From NCBI RefSeq assembly GCF_963506605.1, contig NC_083280.1, forward strand, positions 23,746,001 through 23,810,000: a stretch of DNA of 64,000 nt, read 5' to 3'. The notes beneath the pieces were generated by a model that searched no databases, was not told where the DNA came from, and saw nothing but the letters and a program-made list of their open reading frames with translations. The translations under genes were made by a program, and so were the position numbers. Source of the stretch: Zootoca vivipara (Eukaryota). Of the stretch, positions 25,272 through 38,101 are shown piece after piece (within the stretch, counting starts at the first letter, position 1; each line of letters opens with the position of its first letter).

Positions 25272-26296
25272 AACATAGGACTATCCAGTCAATCTCCCAA
25301 AGAACCTATCAACTTGGATCAACATGGGCTCAACGCCTTCGCAATGTCAGCACATTTTCCAACCAACTTTTTCTTTCTTTCTTTCCAAAAGGAGTCAGAA
25401 ACAAGAACTGGATCGCACACTCTGCCACCGAAGCCAGGAAAACAATCTCTGTCTCCGGAAATGAGTTAACGTATCAGTAATGTCATTCAGCCCTCTTGGC
25501 TTGTGCGTCTAGTCCTGAAATAAATTCTGCTTAATCAGCTACAGCTGAAAACGCAACACAGACCCATTACTGTGCTCAGCTGTGCCAGGTGCCTCTAAGT
25601 AACGCCAGTATAACCTGGGGATCTTCGCACGCCGTGTGATTGGTCTAATAACAAGAGCAGCCTAGATCCTATCTGGAAACATGCGGCCCTTGATGTCTCT
25701 AAGGCAAATGAATGAAGGAACCAGATCTTTAAAAGTGTGCAATTATTCTGAAGAGGGGGTGGGGGATGGAAATGAGGTGGGGGCTGTGTGGTTGTTCCAG
25801 GGGTGCTTCCGCCACACTAATCATTTAGGGTAGAATTGCCACAATTGGTAGCAGCAGCTGGTGTGGTGAGGCAGAACAGCCTCTCTGCACCATTGTTGCC
25901 TGCAGCTTACCTGGGTGATACTGGGATAGGGTTGCACAGTCATGCACAGTCATGGTTTCACATGCCATTCTGCCCCATGCCAGCACCATCCAGGTAAGTT
26001 GCAGCGATGCTGGTGATGGAGGGCAGCTGCACCCCACCACATCAGCCACTGCGGCTAATTATTTGTTCACTCATATTTTATGGGGTGTCCACACTCCTAT
26101 CACTATCAACATGTATTTCCTCTGTCTTCTCTCAGACCACAAAAAGCCTGACTTTCTTTTCATGAGGATGGAAGAACAGCACAATCTTCGCAGTGCAGAT
26201 GCCCTTAATGCCATTCCTACATCTTTTTTTAAAGGTTTTGCTTTGACATATTAGGAGAGTGTGGACCTATCACATCTCGGCACAGGTTCATTATAG

Positions 26297-26440
26297 CAGT
26301 GGTCCTCAACCTTGGGCCTCCAGATGTTTTGAGACTACAATTCTCATCATCCCTGACCACTGGTCCTGCTAGCTAGGGATCATGGGATCATGGGAGTTGT
26401 AGGCCAAAAACATCTGGAGGCCCAAGGTTGAGGACCACTG
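26297..26440. mobile_element. Palindromic hAT MITE
   Basis: TIR CAGTGGTCCTCAACCTTGGGCCTCCAGATGTTTT and its reverse complement. TSD CATTATAG at 26289-26296 and 26441-26448. Confidence 0.9.
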
Positions 26441-26963
26441 CATTATAGCATTTGTGCTATGCATCATTTCGTGACCACAGTTTTGTTTAATCAGCATTTT
26501 AGCTATTGCTAATACGCTTTTTGGATAGACCATCATTTCCGTTGCTGTTGAACGTTTTTGAAAATACAATTTTTTTAAAAAAAACAACAGATGCAAAGGG
26601 TATTAACACATCCGGCTTCAGGCAGCTCAGTAACTATGCATACTGATAATCTTAGCATTTTCTCCTTTAGAATTTCGTTACAGGGCTTCAATATAAAGAG
26701 GGGGGAAATCACTCAAAGGTCCATAATCTAGAGTACATCAGGAATGGAGAGCAGCCATTATCCTTCACACTTCTGCAATCAATAAATGCTTTCCGTATTT
26801 TCTCAAATGAGCCCTTTATCTTTTGTTCCCTGGTTACCCTTAGTTTTTGTATTAATTTCACTAGAGAAAATAGCGTTAAAACCTTAGGTCAAACTTTCAG
26901 TTTATTAAAAAGATTTACAAGAAACCAGTCCCCCCCCCACTTCCCTTCCCTAACTGTATTATC

Positions 26964-27009
<46 letters not shown>

Positions 27010-27595
27010 TTAGTAAAGCAAGTGAAAACAGTGTTTACAATAGCAACATTGCAAGACTTAAACACAATCCACTATTTTAACCGCAGCTAGTTGGTTGGGC
27101 AAGAACTGGGACATTAGCATCTGAAGATACAGCTTTCAAACAAAATGCAAAGGGCTGTACAATCAATAAAACTGAAACATTAAATATAAACATTAACATT
27201 TAATAGGTCCCAAAATACCATGCTGACATCTGCATAATACATAAATCAACTTTGCTGCAGCGTTGCCTATGGCAATGTATCAACAGAACATGGCCCATGG
27301 GACATTTGTAAAGCTTTATTGAATATTGACAGCACCAATTTAAATCTGGGTGAAGAAACATGGAAGTTGTCGTTTCATATAAAGCTGGTTAATGTCTTTT
27401 CGTTCAGCTATTTTTCAATATTTAGCACTGCTAAAATACCATGAGATTACGGCTGATGGCATATATGGTATTCAATATATTTTCAACTTTATTTGTTCTC
27501 CATCCTTATATCCAAGACAATATCATTTGTATGGCAGCTTTGCATTCCGCTGTAGGACGACATATGTTGTGAACAGAATTTGTAAAAAATTCTCA

Positions 27596-27674
27596 GTGAT
27601 TTATACAGAACGGCAGACTTTTTGGTTTTTCTTTTTCTTTAAGAAAAAAAAGTCTGCCATTCTATATAAATCAC
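27596..27674 (-). other. 28-bp inverted repeat / candidate RNA hairpin
   Basis: Arms 27596-27623 and 27647-27674 differ at only two positions; both are G-U pairs on the minus strand. Confidence 0.8.
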
Positions 27675-27921
27675 AGCATGGTATCTGTATGCACCACTTT
27701 TTATCCTGAAAGTCACTGAAGTACATGTCTGCTTTCAAAGCAATAATTTATTCTTCTTAACTTGCTTTCTTTTTCCTGATATATGGTTCTATAGGCTTTC
27801 CTGACAGGAGAGAAATGGGAATTCAACAAGCTATCATGAAGTGTTTTGATAAGCCCTCGTTTTATGGTTTTAAATTAAATTAAATTTTAAAAATATATTT
27901 ATACAAAACAGTGTGCATATA

Positions 27922-28001
27922 CAGGGTGAGTCCTTTAAAAGAGGCCCCATCGATACAGAGTACACATGTTCCACGGGGCCTCTTTTAAAAGACTCAACCT
28001 G
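27922..28001. mobile_element. 80-bp Tc1/mariner-type MITE (hairpin)
   Basis: Differs from 776-855 at two positions. TA TSD. Confidence 0.85.
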
Positions 28002-28889
28002 TATATTAATTACACACACACACAATAAATTAACAGCACAAGGCTATCCATGCCTCCTAGAGTGCAATGAGGTTTACTCCCAGAACCTTTTCCACAACTT
28101 TGTCCAGACCCCAGGTGTGACCAAGACATCAAGTCAGAGGTTGCAGATCACTGACTAAGGAGTCAGGCTAGGTAGCTGTAGCTGAGTCCAGTGCAGGTGA
28201 CCAGGGCAACACTGAACCCAAAGCTCATAAGCAACAGTCCACTAGCTCAAAGCCAGAATCCTCAATGTTGCCTTCCCCTGACTACATTCCAGCCTACCTT
28301 ACCAGCCCACACCAGCGACAGGTATAGGGAGCACTTGGAGCTCCAGCCCCCTCAATATTTTGAATCAGGGGGGCCAGCCCCCCTCCCATCCAGGAGTCAG
28401 GAGGGGGCTGGGACGAGCAAGAGCGAAGATCGTCATCCGCACATCCTGCCCCCACTGGGCACATGCTGCCAGGAGGAGGCAGACCATGGAGCCCAGCGCT
28501 GCGCTGCGCTGCACCTCCTTTTCCCCGCTCAATGCCACAGTGGCAGGATGCGTCCCGTGCTGAGCCCCTCCAATGTGGGGGGCAAGTCAGCACCCCTTCC
28601 TGTCGAACACTGGAAGGTGTACACCAGACGGGATGCCAGAGAATTTTTTATCTGTTGACCAAAAGTGTTGGCCCTCTAAGGACTGTAGTTCTCACAAAGG
28701 GGGTGAAGCCTTGGTGGGGTAGACTAGAAGCAGAGGCTCAAAAGGAGCACATTGTTCACTCCACAGTGCTGCTGTTTTGGCCTATGGGCCCCTCAGCAGA
28801 ACCAGAGCAGAACATACCTGACCAGGAGGCTCTAGCATCTAGCCTAGGTGGGGTCAGTCCAGGGCCTGAGTATATTCAGGATGCTTAAG

Positions 28890-29284
28890 GATGCGGAGGA
28901 CATTAAGGTCCATAAATAGTAACACCTTAGAGGTCCTGGGCCTGAAGGAAATCAGATTAGCCTCAACTAGAACCAGGGCCTTCTCAACATTGGCCCCGAC
29001 CTGGTGGAACGCTCTGTCTCCTGAGACCAGGGCCCTGCTGGACCTGATTTCTTTCCACAGGGCCTGTAAGACAGAGTTGTTCCGCCTGGCATTTGGCCTG
29101 GAGCCAACCTGATCCCTTCCCCCAATTCCCCTTTCTTTTTTCCCTTTTGTATGAGGCTGCATTTTTAATTTTAATTTAATGTATTTAGTCTTGTTGTTGA
29201 GTTGTATTTTAACTAGTTGTTTTATATTTGGTGTTAGAAGCTCTGAGCCCGGCCTTGGCTGGGGAGGGCAGGGTATAAATAAAA

Positions 29285-29332
<48 letters not shown>
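28890..29332 (+). mobile_element. L2-like LINE 3' fragment
   Basis: RTLRS...TRTRAFSTLAPTWWNALSPETR...KTELFRLAF, then GGGTATAAAT and a (TTA)n tail. Confidence 0.75.
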
Positions 29333-29333
<1 letters not shown>

Positions 29334-30740
29334 TGCATGGGTAGGGGCTGCAACATGCAGGTCAGTGGCTCACCATCCAGAACAAGCCACACACAAATCC
29401 CAAGGTTCCTAGTTTGAGTCACAGTGCAGCTTCTGCCAGAACACTATGGGTGCAATTCTGTAACTTTACTTTCACTGCTGAGTACACATTCTAGTGAAAT
29501 AGGAACACCAGGAACTGGCTCAGTGCTGCCTAAATTGAATGACAGCAGCTCTTTACAGTCTTTCACAGTCCCACCTGGAGATGCTGGGGGCTGAACCAGG
29601 GAGCTTCTACATGCAAAGTATCTCCTTTGCCAGTAAGCAATGGCTCTTCCCTTCCATATAATATGGAATGGTTCCTATACAAACTAAATGGAGGAGGATT
29701 GTCCTACCTGCTCATGAATGGCCCTTAGGATGCTGAACAATGCGGCCACCACCAAGATGGCTGCTGGGCATGCATAGAAGCGACTTCCGGTGCCGCTCTG
29801 CCCGATTTCCGGTGCCCACACATGGGAAGAGTGGCCCCGGAAGTTGCTTCTATGCAACTTCCGGTTCCGCGCCGCTGCTGATCCCGCATTTTTCAGTGGG
29901 AGACTTGGCAGGTATGGTGTAATAATACGCCATCCAACATGGGCATTCTTCCAAACATGTCACACCCCTATTGCTGCAGGGAGCATGACACTGCATGCCA
30001 ACATGTGTACTACTAGGTGCTGTATACTACTGAAAGCAGCTTGGCATATTAAAAACCTAGAGGACGAAATTGCATTTGTTTGCAAAAAAAAAAAGTTTGA
30101 CTCATACTCCACAAATGCCTCCAGGGATGATGCTTCATCTTTCTGACTCTGACTGCGGTTCATGGGAGACAGTATCTTGGAGACAGCAATCAGAAATGTA
30201 TTTGTATGTAATTAATCATGACAACCGCCTAGAATTGGGGGGCCGGAGCATTGCGTTGTCAAGGACAACCGCTTCTGTCATACAAATGAACAAGAAGGGA
30301 TCACATTGCCAGAAATCCCACAGGCTGTCAATGGGCTCCAGACTGGCTGTGTTCCCACAGGCCCCACAGAGAGTCTGGGGCTCTTAGAAAAGGCTGTAAA
30401 GGGTAAGATTTAGTATCCAAGCACAACATTACTAATGGTATCCAAAACCCAGTGCTAAAATTCAATTTATAAACCCTGTAACTTCTTCTTAAGAAAGAAC
30501 ATTTCTAGGAAATGTAATGGGGAGAATATTGCCTGGAGTTGAGAAAAGATGTTTCTGTCTGTCGTTAGCCCAACTTTGTTTACTACCCAATTGAGGGAAG
30601 TGAATGGTTCAGATGGGGAATCTAAAAAAGCTGACAAAGAGATGAGTGGCCATTCATAGAAAAACTCAAGAAAATGTGGAATGTCTGCAACAGGGGTAGC
30701 CAATGTGGTGTCTTCCAGATGTTGTAGACTGCAACCCCTA

Positions 30741-31108
30741 TGTCACGGTCCGGTTTACGGGCGGTCGAAGTCCTGGCTGAGGATGTCGGGACCGGGGACA
30801 AGACGACAGGAGTGGGAACAGGAATGGGAGTCCAGAGGCCAAGGGTCTGAGGGTCCGAGAGCCGGGAGTCAAGAAGCCAAGGGTCCGAGGATCAGGAAGC
30901 AAGGAGTCAAGAAGCCAAACACAGCAAAGAGCCAAAGGGAAATGCTGACCTTATATCCCTTCCCGGCTCTTGCCACCAGGTGCTGTGAGTTACCAATCGG
31001 TCTCACCTGTGCGGCCGCGCCTTGCCTCTTCAGAACAAACTTAGGAAAGCCCCAGTCCTGCAAAGCCCTACTGGTCACAGGGCCTGGCTCCTGCATGCAC
31101 TCCTGACA
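30741..31108. mobile_element. Solo LTR (368 bp)
   Basis: TGTCA...TGACA ends. 5-bp TSD CCCTA at 30736-30740 and 31109-31113. Homologous, inverted, to 50558-51005. Sits inside an older MITE-like repeat. Confidence 0.85.
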
Positions 31109-31640
31109 CCCTATATCTCTGCCTATTGGACATAGCAGCTGGGACAGAAGGGAACTGGGAAGGGCACAATGTTGGACACCCTGATCTACAGTCCTCTAAT
31201 GGGAGAAATGGAGCACAATGGCGATGATTCAAGCAATATATTTATGAAGGCTCTTTCCTAAGTGCTCAGACATTTATCCCTGTAAACCTTAAAGCAATCC
31301 TGTAGGGCAAACACCTTGTCCAAAGATCGGCTCCAGCAAAAAACGTAGCAGAAAGCTGCCTTGAATGTAGCCAGCTCTTGTTTTAGTCCTTCTGGATTGG
31401 TACTTACGCACCATGGTGAACATGTCATGACTAGGTTTACCGCCACTGTTGGAGGCAGTATGCTTCTGAATACCAGTTGCTGGGTGGAGAGAATGCTGTT
31501 GCACTCACACCCTGGTTGCAGGTTTTCCATAGGCATCTGCTTGGCCACCATGAGAGAAGGCTGCTGGACTAGATAGGTCTTAGGCCTGAACCAGCAGGGC
31601 ATTTCTTATGCTCTTATGCCATCTGGTTGGGTTTTCCAAG

Positions 31641-31683
<43 letters not shown>

Positions 31684-33438
31684 GGGAGTTCATCTGGGAA
31701 CAGGCTGGCACCAGTACAGTTCATCCGTGTGCGCTCAGTTCCTGTGCTCTTGCACTTTTAACCATGCCTCAAAATGTGTTGGCATTCCTTGAGCTTTTTA
31801 CAATATTGGTTTGTTTAATATATTGCTACTCCCAGTGCTCCTAACAGTTAAAATAAATACATTAACAATGTAGTAACATGCCATTTACCGATGAAATAAT
31901 TTAAAAAACCAAGAGGGTAGTGAAAAAAACATAAAATTCTAGCAGCTTAATAAAACCCATGAACTCCACCACCAATTTTAAAAGTATGGGAAAGTAAAAA
32001 TAAAAGGTTTTGTCTGACATCAGACACACATAGATTGAGTGTCATGTGACCTCCCTTCATGAGATCTGGGGTGGAGAGTACCCAGAGAAGAACCTCCAAT
32101 GTTTTTTTGCATGATGAAATACTATTCCATAGTGGGCTACTGTATTTGCTAGTGTTGTTCATTATAGACTGGACTTCTACTTTGGACTGTGATTTTTTTC
32201 AGTTTGATACTGCCCTCCTGTCCCATTTGCATTAAAAATGTCACTGCAGGTCAAATCCAGAGGCAAAGGTTCCCCACCATTTTTCTAAGCACACAGAAAT
32301 GTAGCCACATGAATAGCACAATCCTATATAGGCACTACTCAGAAGTAAGTCTCACTGAGTTCCATGGGGCTCACTCCCAGGAAAATGAGCATAGTCAGGA
32401 TTGTACCTTAAGGTACCATGAAACATACAGCTATCACACATTTTAGACACTGAGGTGCTTTTTCAACAGTGAGAACTTATTATTATATCTTTAACCAAAA
32501 GTTAACACCATCTTGTGTAGGGTAGGCTGTTGCAAGGTAAATGACAGACATAAAATTCTTTGTTTGGTATAAAGATGCTTCAAATCCTGTCCTATGAGCT
32601 CAGTGTCTTAACCCTGTACAAAGAAAAAGCTATGGTCTAGGTATGATATGAGTGGATATTTAATACCGGTATTGCCACCTTCCAGTTTTGGACTGTAAAA
32701 AGAATTAAAACCAAATGTTAGCATCCACATAAATAAGATACATATATGCGGTATACAAATCACAGACCATACTGAGAAACTATAAAGAGAGCAATTGTTT
32801 TCAGGAAAATGTGTATTTCCCCCACCCCTCTCCAGAATTTCAACTTGGTAGGTATTGCTGTATATATTGGGTTAGTTGGACCAGGTCCATGGAAATGTAT
32901 TTTCCATATGAGACTTCATGGTTCAAGGGGGTTACATTTATTGTGTTTTGACTGGAAGTGTATTCATGTATATGGCTTTTGAGAGGGAGGGGGTTGCCCG
33001 TTGTTAAAAAATAAAGGGCTAGGTTGTATGCTTGAATATATGCATGCAGTGCAGTTTGATTAATGGGTAATCTGGACATAATTCCTTTTTGATTAATTTT
33101 AAAATTATAATAAATCTAAACTGACGACATGCTGGGAGAATCAGTAATTTGGTAAATGACCTCCCATACTTTGTCAATGCTGCAGCAATGGGAGGAATCT
33201 GATCTGAACTTTTTCTTTACATAAAGTAATGGACTTCACTAAAAATAAAGTGACAACAAATATTATAAGGATCCAATAGAGCTCTTCTGTTTGTAGAAGG
33301 GCCTCTTGATCTGGTGGAAGTTCCAGGGAATTGAAAGGGGATTTCTATTTTTTTTGTTTTGGCAGATCCCTCCTACCCTAATCTTCTCCCTAATCTGCTC
33401 CACGGGTTTAGGGGGCCATGGTGGGTTGCATCACCAGA

Positions 33439-34012
33439 TGTTAGGGATTGGCTGGATGAGGAAGAATGGTGTGTGCTGCCCACCCAAGATCCACCCCCAG
33501 GGAAGGAGACTTAGACTCAGGACAGTGGTGGTGGGACACAAGGCATCCATCTGCGGGAGGGACAAGCTGGGAGACACTAGGAGCAGGAGGTGTGAGTGAA
33601 CAGGAAGGGACAGAAGCCATTCCAGGACAGGGCTGGGTGCCAAGAGTCTCAGGGCGAGTGCAGACTCTGACAGAGAATTGGAAGAAACTGCTTCTCCTGC
33701 TCAGCATTTGGACAGTCCAATCTCTCTCCTCCTCCTCCACTGACACCCAGAACGTGGAGAGTCCTGCACGTTGCTGAGCCAGACAGGGCCAGAGGGGAAG
33801 CCCTTCCCCCTTGCTGCAGTCTATGGCTGCTTGGGAGGAGTTGAGACTAAGGAGGCTAGAAAGGGAAGGAGGGCTTCCAGCAATGTCTTCAGCTAGGGGA
33901 GACTAGCTCAGGTGAACTCTGTTGTGTTTTTACTTTTGTGAATGAAAGCTAATTGCATTTCACGTCTCAAGTCCTTTCCCCTGACTTATGGATGCCCGGC
34001 AGTCTCCTGACA
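33439..34012 (+). mobile_element. Probable old solo LTR
   Basis: TGTTAGG...CCTGACA ends and a degenerate polyA signal (AATGAA) near 33941. No TSD recovered. Confidence 0.5.
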
Positions 34013-34040
34013 GCCCCTTGAAATCACCCCCATGCCATTC

Positions 34041-34289
34041 AAGAAGAAGAAGAAACGTTTGGATTTGATATCCCGTTTTATCACTACCCTAAGGAGTCTC
34101 AAAGCGGCTAACAATCTCCTTTCCCTTCCTACCCCACAACAAACACTCTGTGAGGTGAGAGAGGCTGAGAGACTTCAGAGAAGTGTGACTAGCCCAAGGT
34201 CACCCAGCAGCTGCATGTGGAGGAGCGGGGATGCGAACCCGGTTCCCCAGATTACGAGTCTACCGCTCTTAACCACTACACCACACTGG
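34041..34289 (-). mobile_element. Squam3-like SINE
   Basis: Reverse complement of 22304-22545. Flanked by ttcaag(a/g)ag. Confidence 0.87.
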
Positions 34290-37149
34290 TTCAAGGAGCC
34301 TCTGCTACCTGAAGTTCCTCGCGTTTGTGGAAGAATTCCTCCAATGATGGAAAGGCACCCTTGGATCCAAAACCCCAAAATTCCACAAACAGGCTCCAAA
34401 GCTGCTAGTTTGTTATTCTCTTGTTTAGACGTCAGGACAATCATTCACCCAGTTGTCTGAGAGTCGCGACGAAACACGTTCAGCATTCTCGCCTTTCTAC
34501 TGTAGATACAAATGGCCTTTGCGGAGGATTACTCCATCTGGATTATCTTACACTGAGTAGACATCATTACTGCCTAGTCTCTCGGTTTGGCAACAGGCGT
34601 ACATACTGGAGTGCCTCCTCTTAATAAAAATACCCTCTTCACATGGGGAAAATGGCATATTTCTGGCTCATGTTTCCCCCTTTTAAGCCTGCCAAGTATC
34701 TAGCACCACCCCCAAAGTCTTCCCTCCTTCTCAAAGCATTCTCTTAGCCACATTTCTGGGCAGGCTGAGGTGCATGGAGCTTGAGACAGGCAATATGGCA
34801 CTGTCAAAAATGAAGCCACAAAAACCTCCTTCCTCGGCCAGCATTTCCAAGGCAAATTCAATTATTAATGTTCCGGGAACATTAAAAGGCCCAAACTTTT
34901 GGAAACTTGGTGGGGGAAGGGGGAACCGTCCAGAAGAGTAATGCTGTTCAGTTAAAATTCGTGGCAAGAAATTATTTGTTTTAATCCCCTCAATAGATTC
35001 TTTGCATGCATTCTACTAAGTTGATCCATTAAAACAGGGGAAGATTATTTAAATTAGAGAGACAGAAATTAAGCATTCTCAGAGGCTAAATATTAATTTT
35101 CAGGTACTTTTCAGTTGCTTCCTGCACTCATGTCCTGCTTTCAGGAAGAATAGAGGACAATTACCACTGAAATGTAACATTCTTAAGGGGTCTTCTGTTG
35201 CCGTAAGAATTATGCTGTGAAGCTTGTAACAGAATGAAAGTAGCATTGGGTATACAACCCCACCCCCAATTCCTTATTAACTATGCTGTTGCTTCTGTGT
35301 AGCGTTTCAGCTCTAACCGCAGCTCAAATAATTTATGGAGAATATAAAAAGCGAAAACAAATAAATGGAACAGCATGTACATCCAGAAAGGCAGCGGAAA
35401 CTTTGCATTCATTTGTCAAAGCTATGCAAAAAAAGAAAAGGAATAAAGGGTTCTGTCAGAGCGTACGCCACGCTGCCTAATCAAAGCTCTGCAGAAGTCT
35501 AAATAGTTTTAGAGATGGATAGTATTCGCAAAAGCTTCAGTTCTGGATAAAAAGGCACTGTTGATTGAAACTACATCTCCGATGGGGTATACAGGTTTGG
35601 GAGCCTCCTGTGCAATTTAGAAATTAACTGCCGACAAGGCCAACATTACCTCCAAAATCGCACACAGAAACGACCTCCGCTTGTAAGGCCTAATGCATGG
35701 AGGAGGACTGTGTCTCTTGGCCCCGTCCACAATGCTGCATGCTGCACTGACTCCACACCCAACATCCGTTCCTTAAACCTTCATATTTGCATCGGAGCAT
35801 TTTACTTGCAATCAGGTTAACACATATATGTGTCCCATGCCATTTCAGACCAGTTGGTGCCAACTTGGTTTATGCTGCCAAGGTATAGGAAATGAGGTCC
35901 CCCGACCTCCAGAGCCAGAATACTGTGTGCTGGCTCTCCTTGTAAACTGTTGGGGGATCTTGGCAGATAAAAACAAGTTCTTTTCACCCAGAGGGGGTCA
36001 AGTAAACTGGACACCATCTCAAAGTCCCTGCTTAAGTGTTTTTTCTGAGAACCCCAGAGGGCTGTAGGTGATAGCAGGAAGACGGTGGTGGCAGCAATGA
36101 ATGGACAGCTTGAGGTGTGTCTGGCCTACTTTTCAAGGCAGTTGTGCAAGGAAGGGGATAATCAGGCTCTCCTAGCCTCCCTTTCCTTTATACTGTTCAG
36201 AACATGGTTGCCAGGGGACAGAGGAAAGATCATCTCAGGACTGGCAGGCAGAGTCCAGCTTCTTCCTCTCCAGGAGAGGATTGTAGTTTGTGCACATTGC
36301 AGCCTGTGCTAGTCTCTTAGGCTCCCCACTAAGTCATTAAGCTGTGAACTCATGTCAAGATTTCTAGGAAAAGCTGCAAAAGCTCTTCCGCAGTTCTACG
36401 GCTCTAATTGGTCAGCTCTCAGGAAAGAAGTTCACCAAATGGACACCTGAAACCATCTCAGCAGTCTACTGTTTCAGACGGTTTGTCCTTCAACCCAACC
36501 TTGAGGTTCTATAATATTTATAAACTTAGGAGAGGTGATTCATCTATTTATATCTGGCCTAAATGGCATCAAGCCTGAGATCTGAAAACAGCTAAGAAAC
36601 CAGCAGTCTTGAGTAGTATTGATTTAAAGTTCTCATTTCAACTCTCCACATTTTCCAATCAATCTATTTTTCTTTTCTTACTTTTAGTTACACATGGTAG
36701 GTAGCCTGTGAGTAATTTACAGCCTCATTACACATTTCATAATGTGCCTACTGGGAGCGTGCTCTGCAGAGAATTTCTCCTCTGCCTCCCGTCGCCGCCA
36801 CCTCTAACAAAGTTGGCTTTGAATTTGCAATGAGTTCTTGACATTCTTCTTCCATATGTACCTGTTTAGCTGAGCCAATAAAATATGTTGGGTTTTTATA
36901 CTTTTTCATGCAGCTGTCATTTAAAACAACAACAACAACACCCACACATGCAACTTTAAAATAAAATATAGGTGAATGAATGTTTTTTGTTTCACCTTCA
37001 AGCCTAATATATCGGAGTGAAAAGCTGCAAATGCATGGCAACAGTAAGACCTTGAAGATGTGTCGCTAAGATGCTGGGCCTTTGAAACGGGGGCTTCTGG
37101 TTCAATCTGTTGCACGGTAGTAGCAGCCCTTACCGATGGTGGAAGAGCG

Positions 37150-37475
37150 TAACTGCAGGTTAAAGCTCCGCCGCCGTCAAACTGCGAGCAAGCCCGGCGC
37201 CCTGTAAAACCCACTCTGCACCGCGGCTTGCTCGGCTCACACTTTGATTCTTTCTGCTCGGGCGAGGCGAGGGGCGGGCCAGAGAGGGCATCAGTGGCCC
37301 GCCCCTCGCCCGAACAGAAAGAATCAAAGCGCAAGCCGAGCAAGTTGCCCTGTCTGCTCCGGCGAGGCGAGGGGTGGGCGCATGCGGCGGTCATCGGTGG
37401 AGGTGGTGAGGGGGCGCCGTGCTGCCCCCCACAGAGTGGAGCCCGGGGCGCCCCGCCCCCTATTGCAACACCCCT
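37150..37475. mobile_element. GC-rich DNA-transposon-like fragment with ~50-bp internal inverted repeat
   Basis: Right end TTGCAACACCCCTG is hAT-like. Internal arms at about 37227-37281 and 37295-37344. Left end unclear. Confidence 0.5.
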
Positions 37476-37884
37476 GGAAGTAAGTCCCAGTGAGTTTAAT
37501 GCTCCTGCTGAAGGACATGCTCTAGGTCAGTCTTTACCCACTTTGGGCCCCCAAATACAGTTGGATTACACCTCCCATTATCCCTTATCCTTGGCCATGC
37601 TTGCTTGGGCTGATGGGAGTTGCAGTCCAATAACGCCTGGAAACCACAAGGCTGGGAAACTGCTCCAGGTCACCAGTTCTGACCACTGCGGTTTATTCGT
37701 TTACCACTTTTGGGCCCCTATGGGCCTTCAAAGCTGCATATTATTATTTGTAAACCGCCCTATACCTGTAGGCCACAGGATAAAGTCACAATATAATAGC
37801 ACAAAATACATAATCAAAATAGAAACAAAAACAACCAAATATCCCCGCCCCCGCCAACACATAATTCTATTGTTTTCACAAATA

Positions 37885-38101
37885 CAGTCATACCTCGACA
37901 TCCGAAGGTTTCGACTTCCGAAGATTTCAACTTCCGAAGTCGAAGTCTCCGGAAGTCCTCCCGGCGTGCGCGGTCGGCACATGCGCAGAAGTGCGAAATC
38001 GCGCTTCGCGCGTGTGCTGTAGCAGCGCTTCGGCAGCCGAAAACCTCGACTTATGAAGACAACCACGGAACGGATCATCTTCGTAAGTCGGGGTACCACT
38101 G
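37885..38101. mobile_element. Tigger/pogo-like MITE
   Basis: TA|CAGTCATACCTCGAC ... GTCGGGGTACCACTG|TA. Confidence 0.8.

Noticed and set aside
29771-29856. 20-bp-arm inverted repeat TGCATAGAAGCGACTTCCGG / CCGGAAGTTGCTTCTATGCA
   Set aside because: It resembles the internal palindromes of GC-rich DNA-transposon remnants, so I treated it as a TE fragment.
37048-37152. Plus-strand peptide DVSLRCWAFETG resembling the SUN-domain CWAF motif
   Set aside because: It is on the wrong strand for the candidate gene, lacks supporting splice sites, and hits a stop shortly after.
37228-38022. 264-aa ORF
   Set aside because: It is a chimeric frame across three different repeat fragments with a TTG start.
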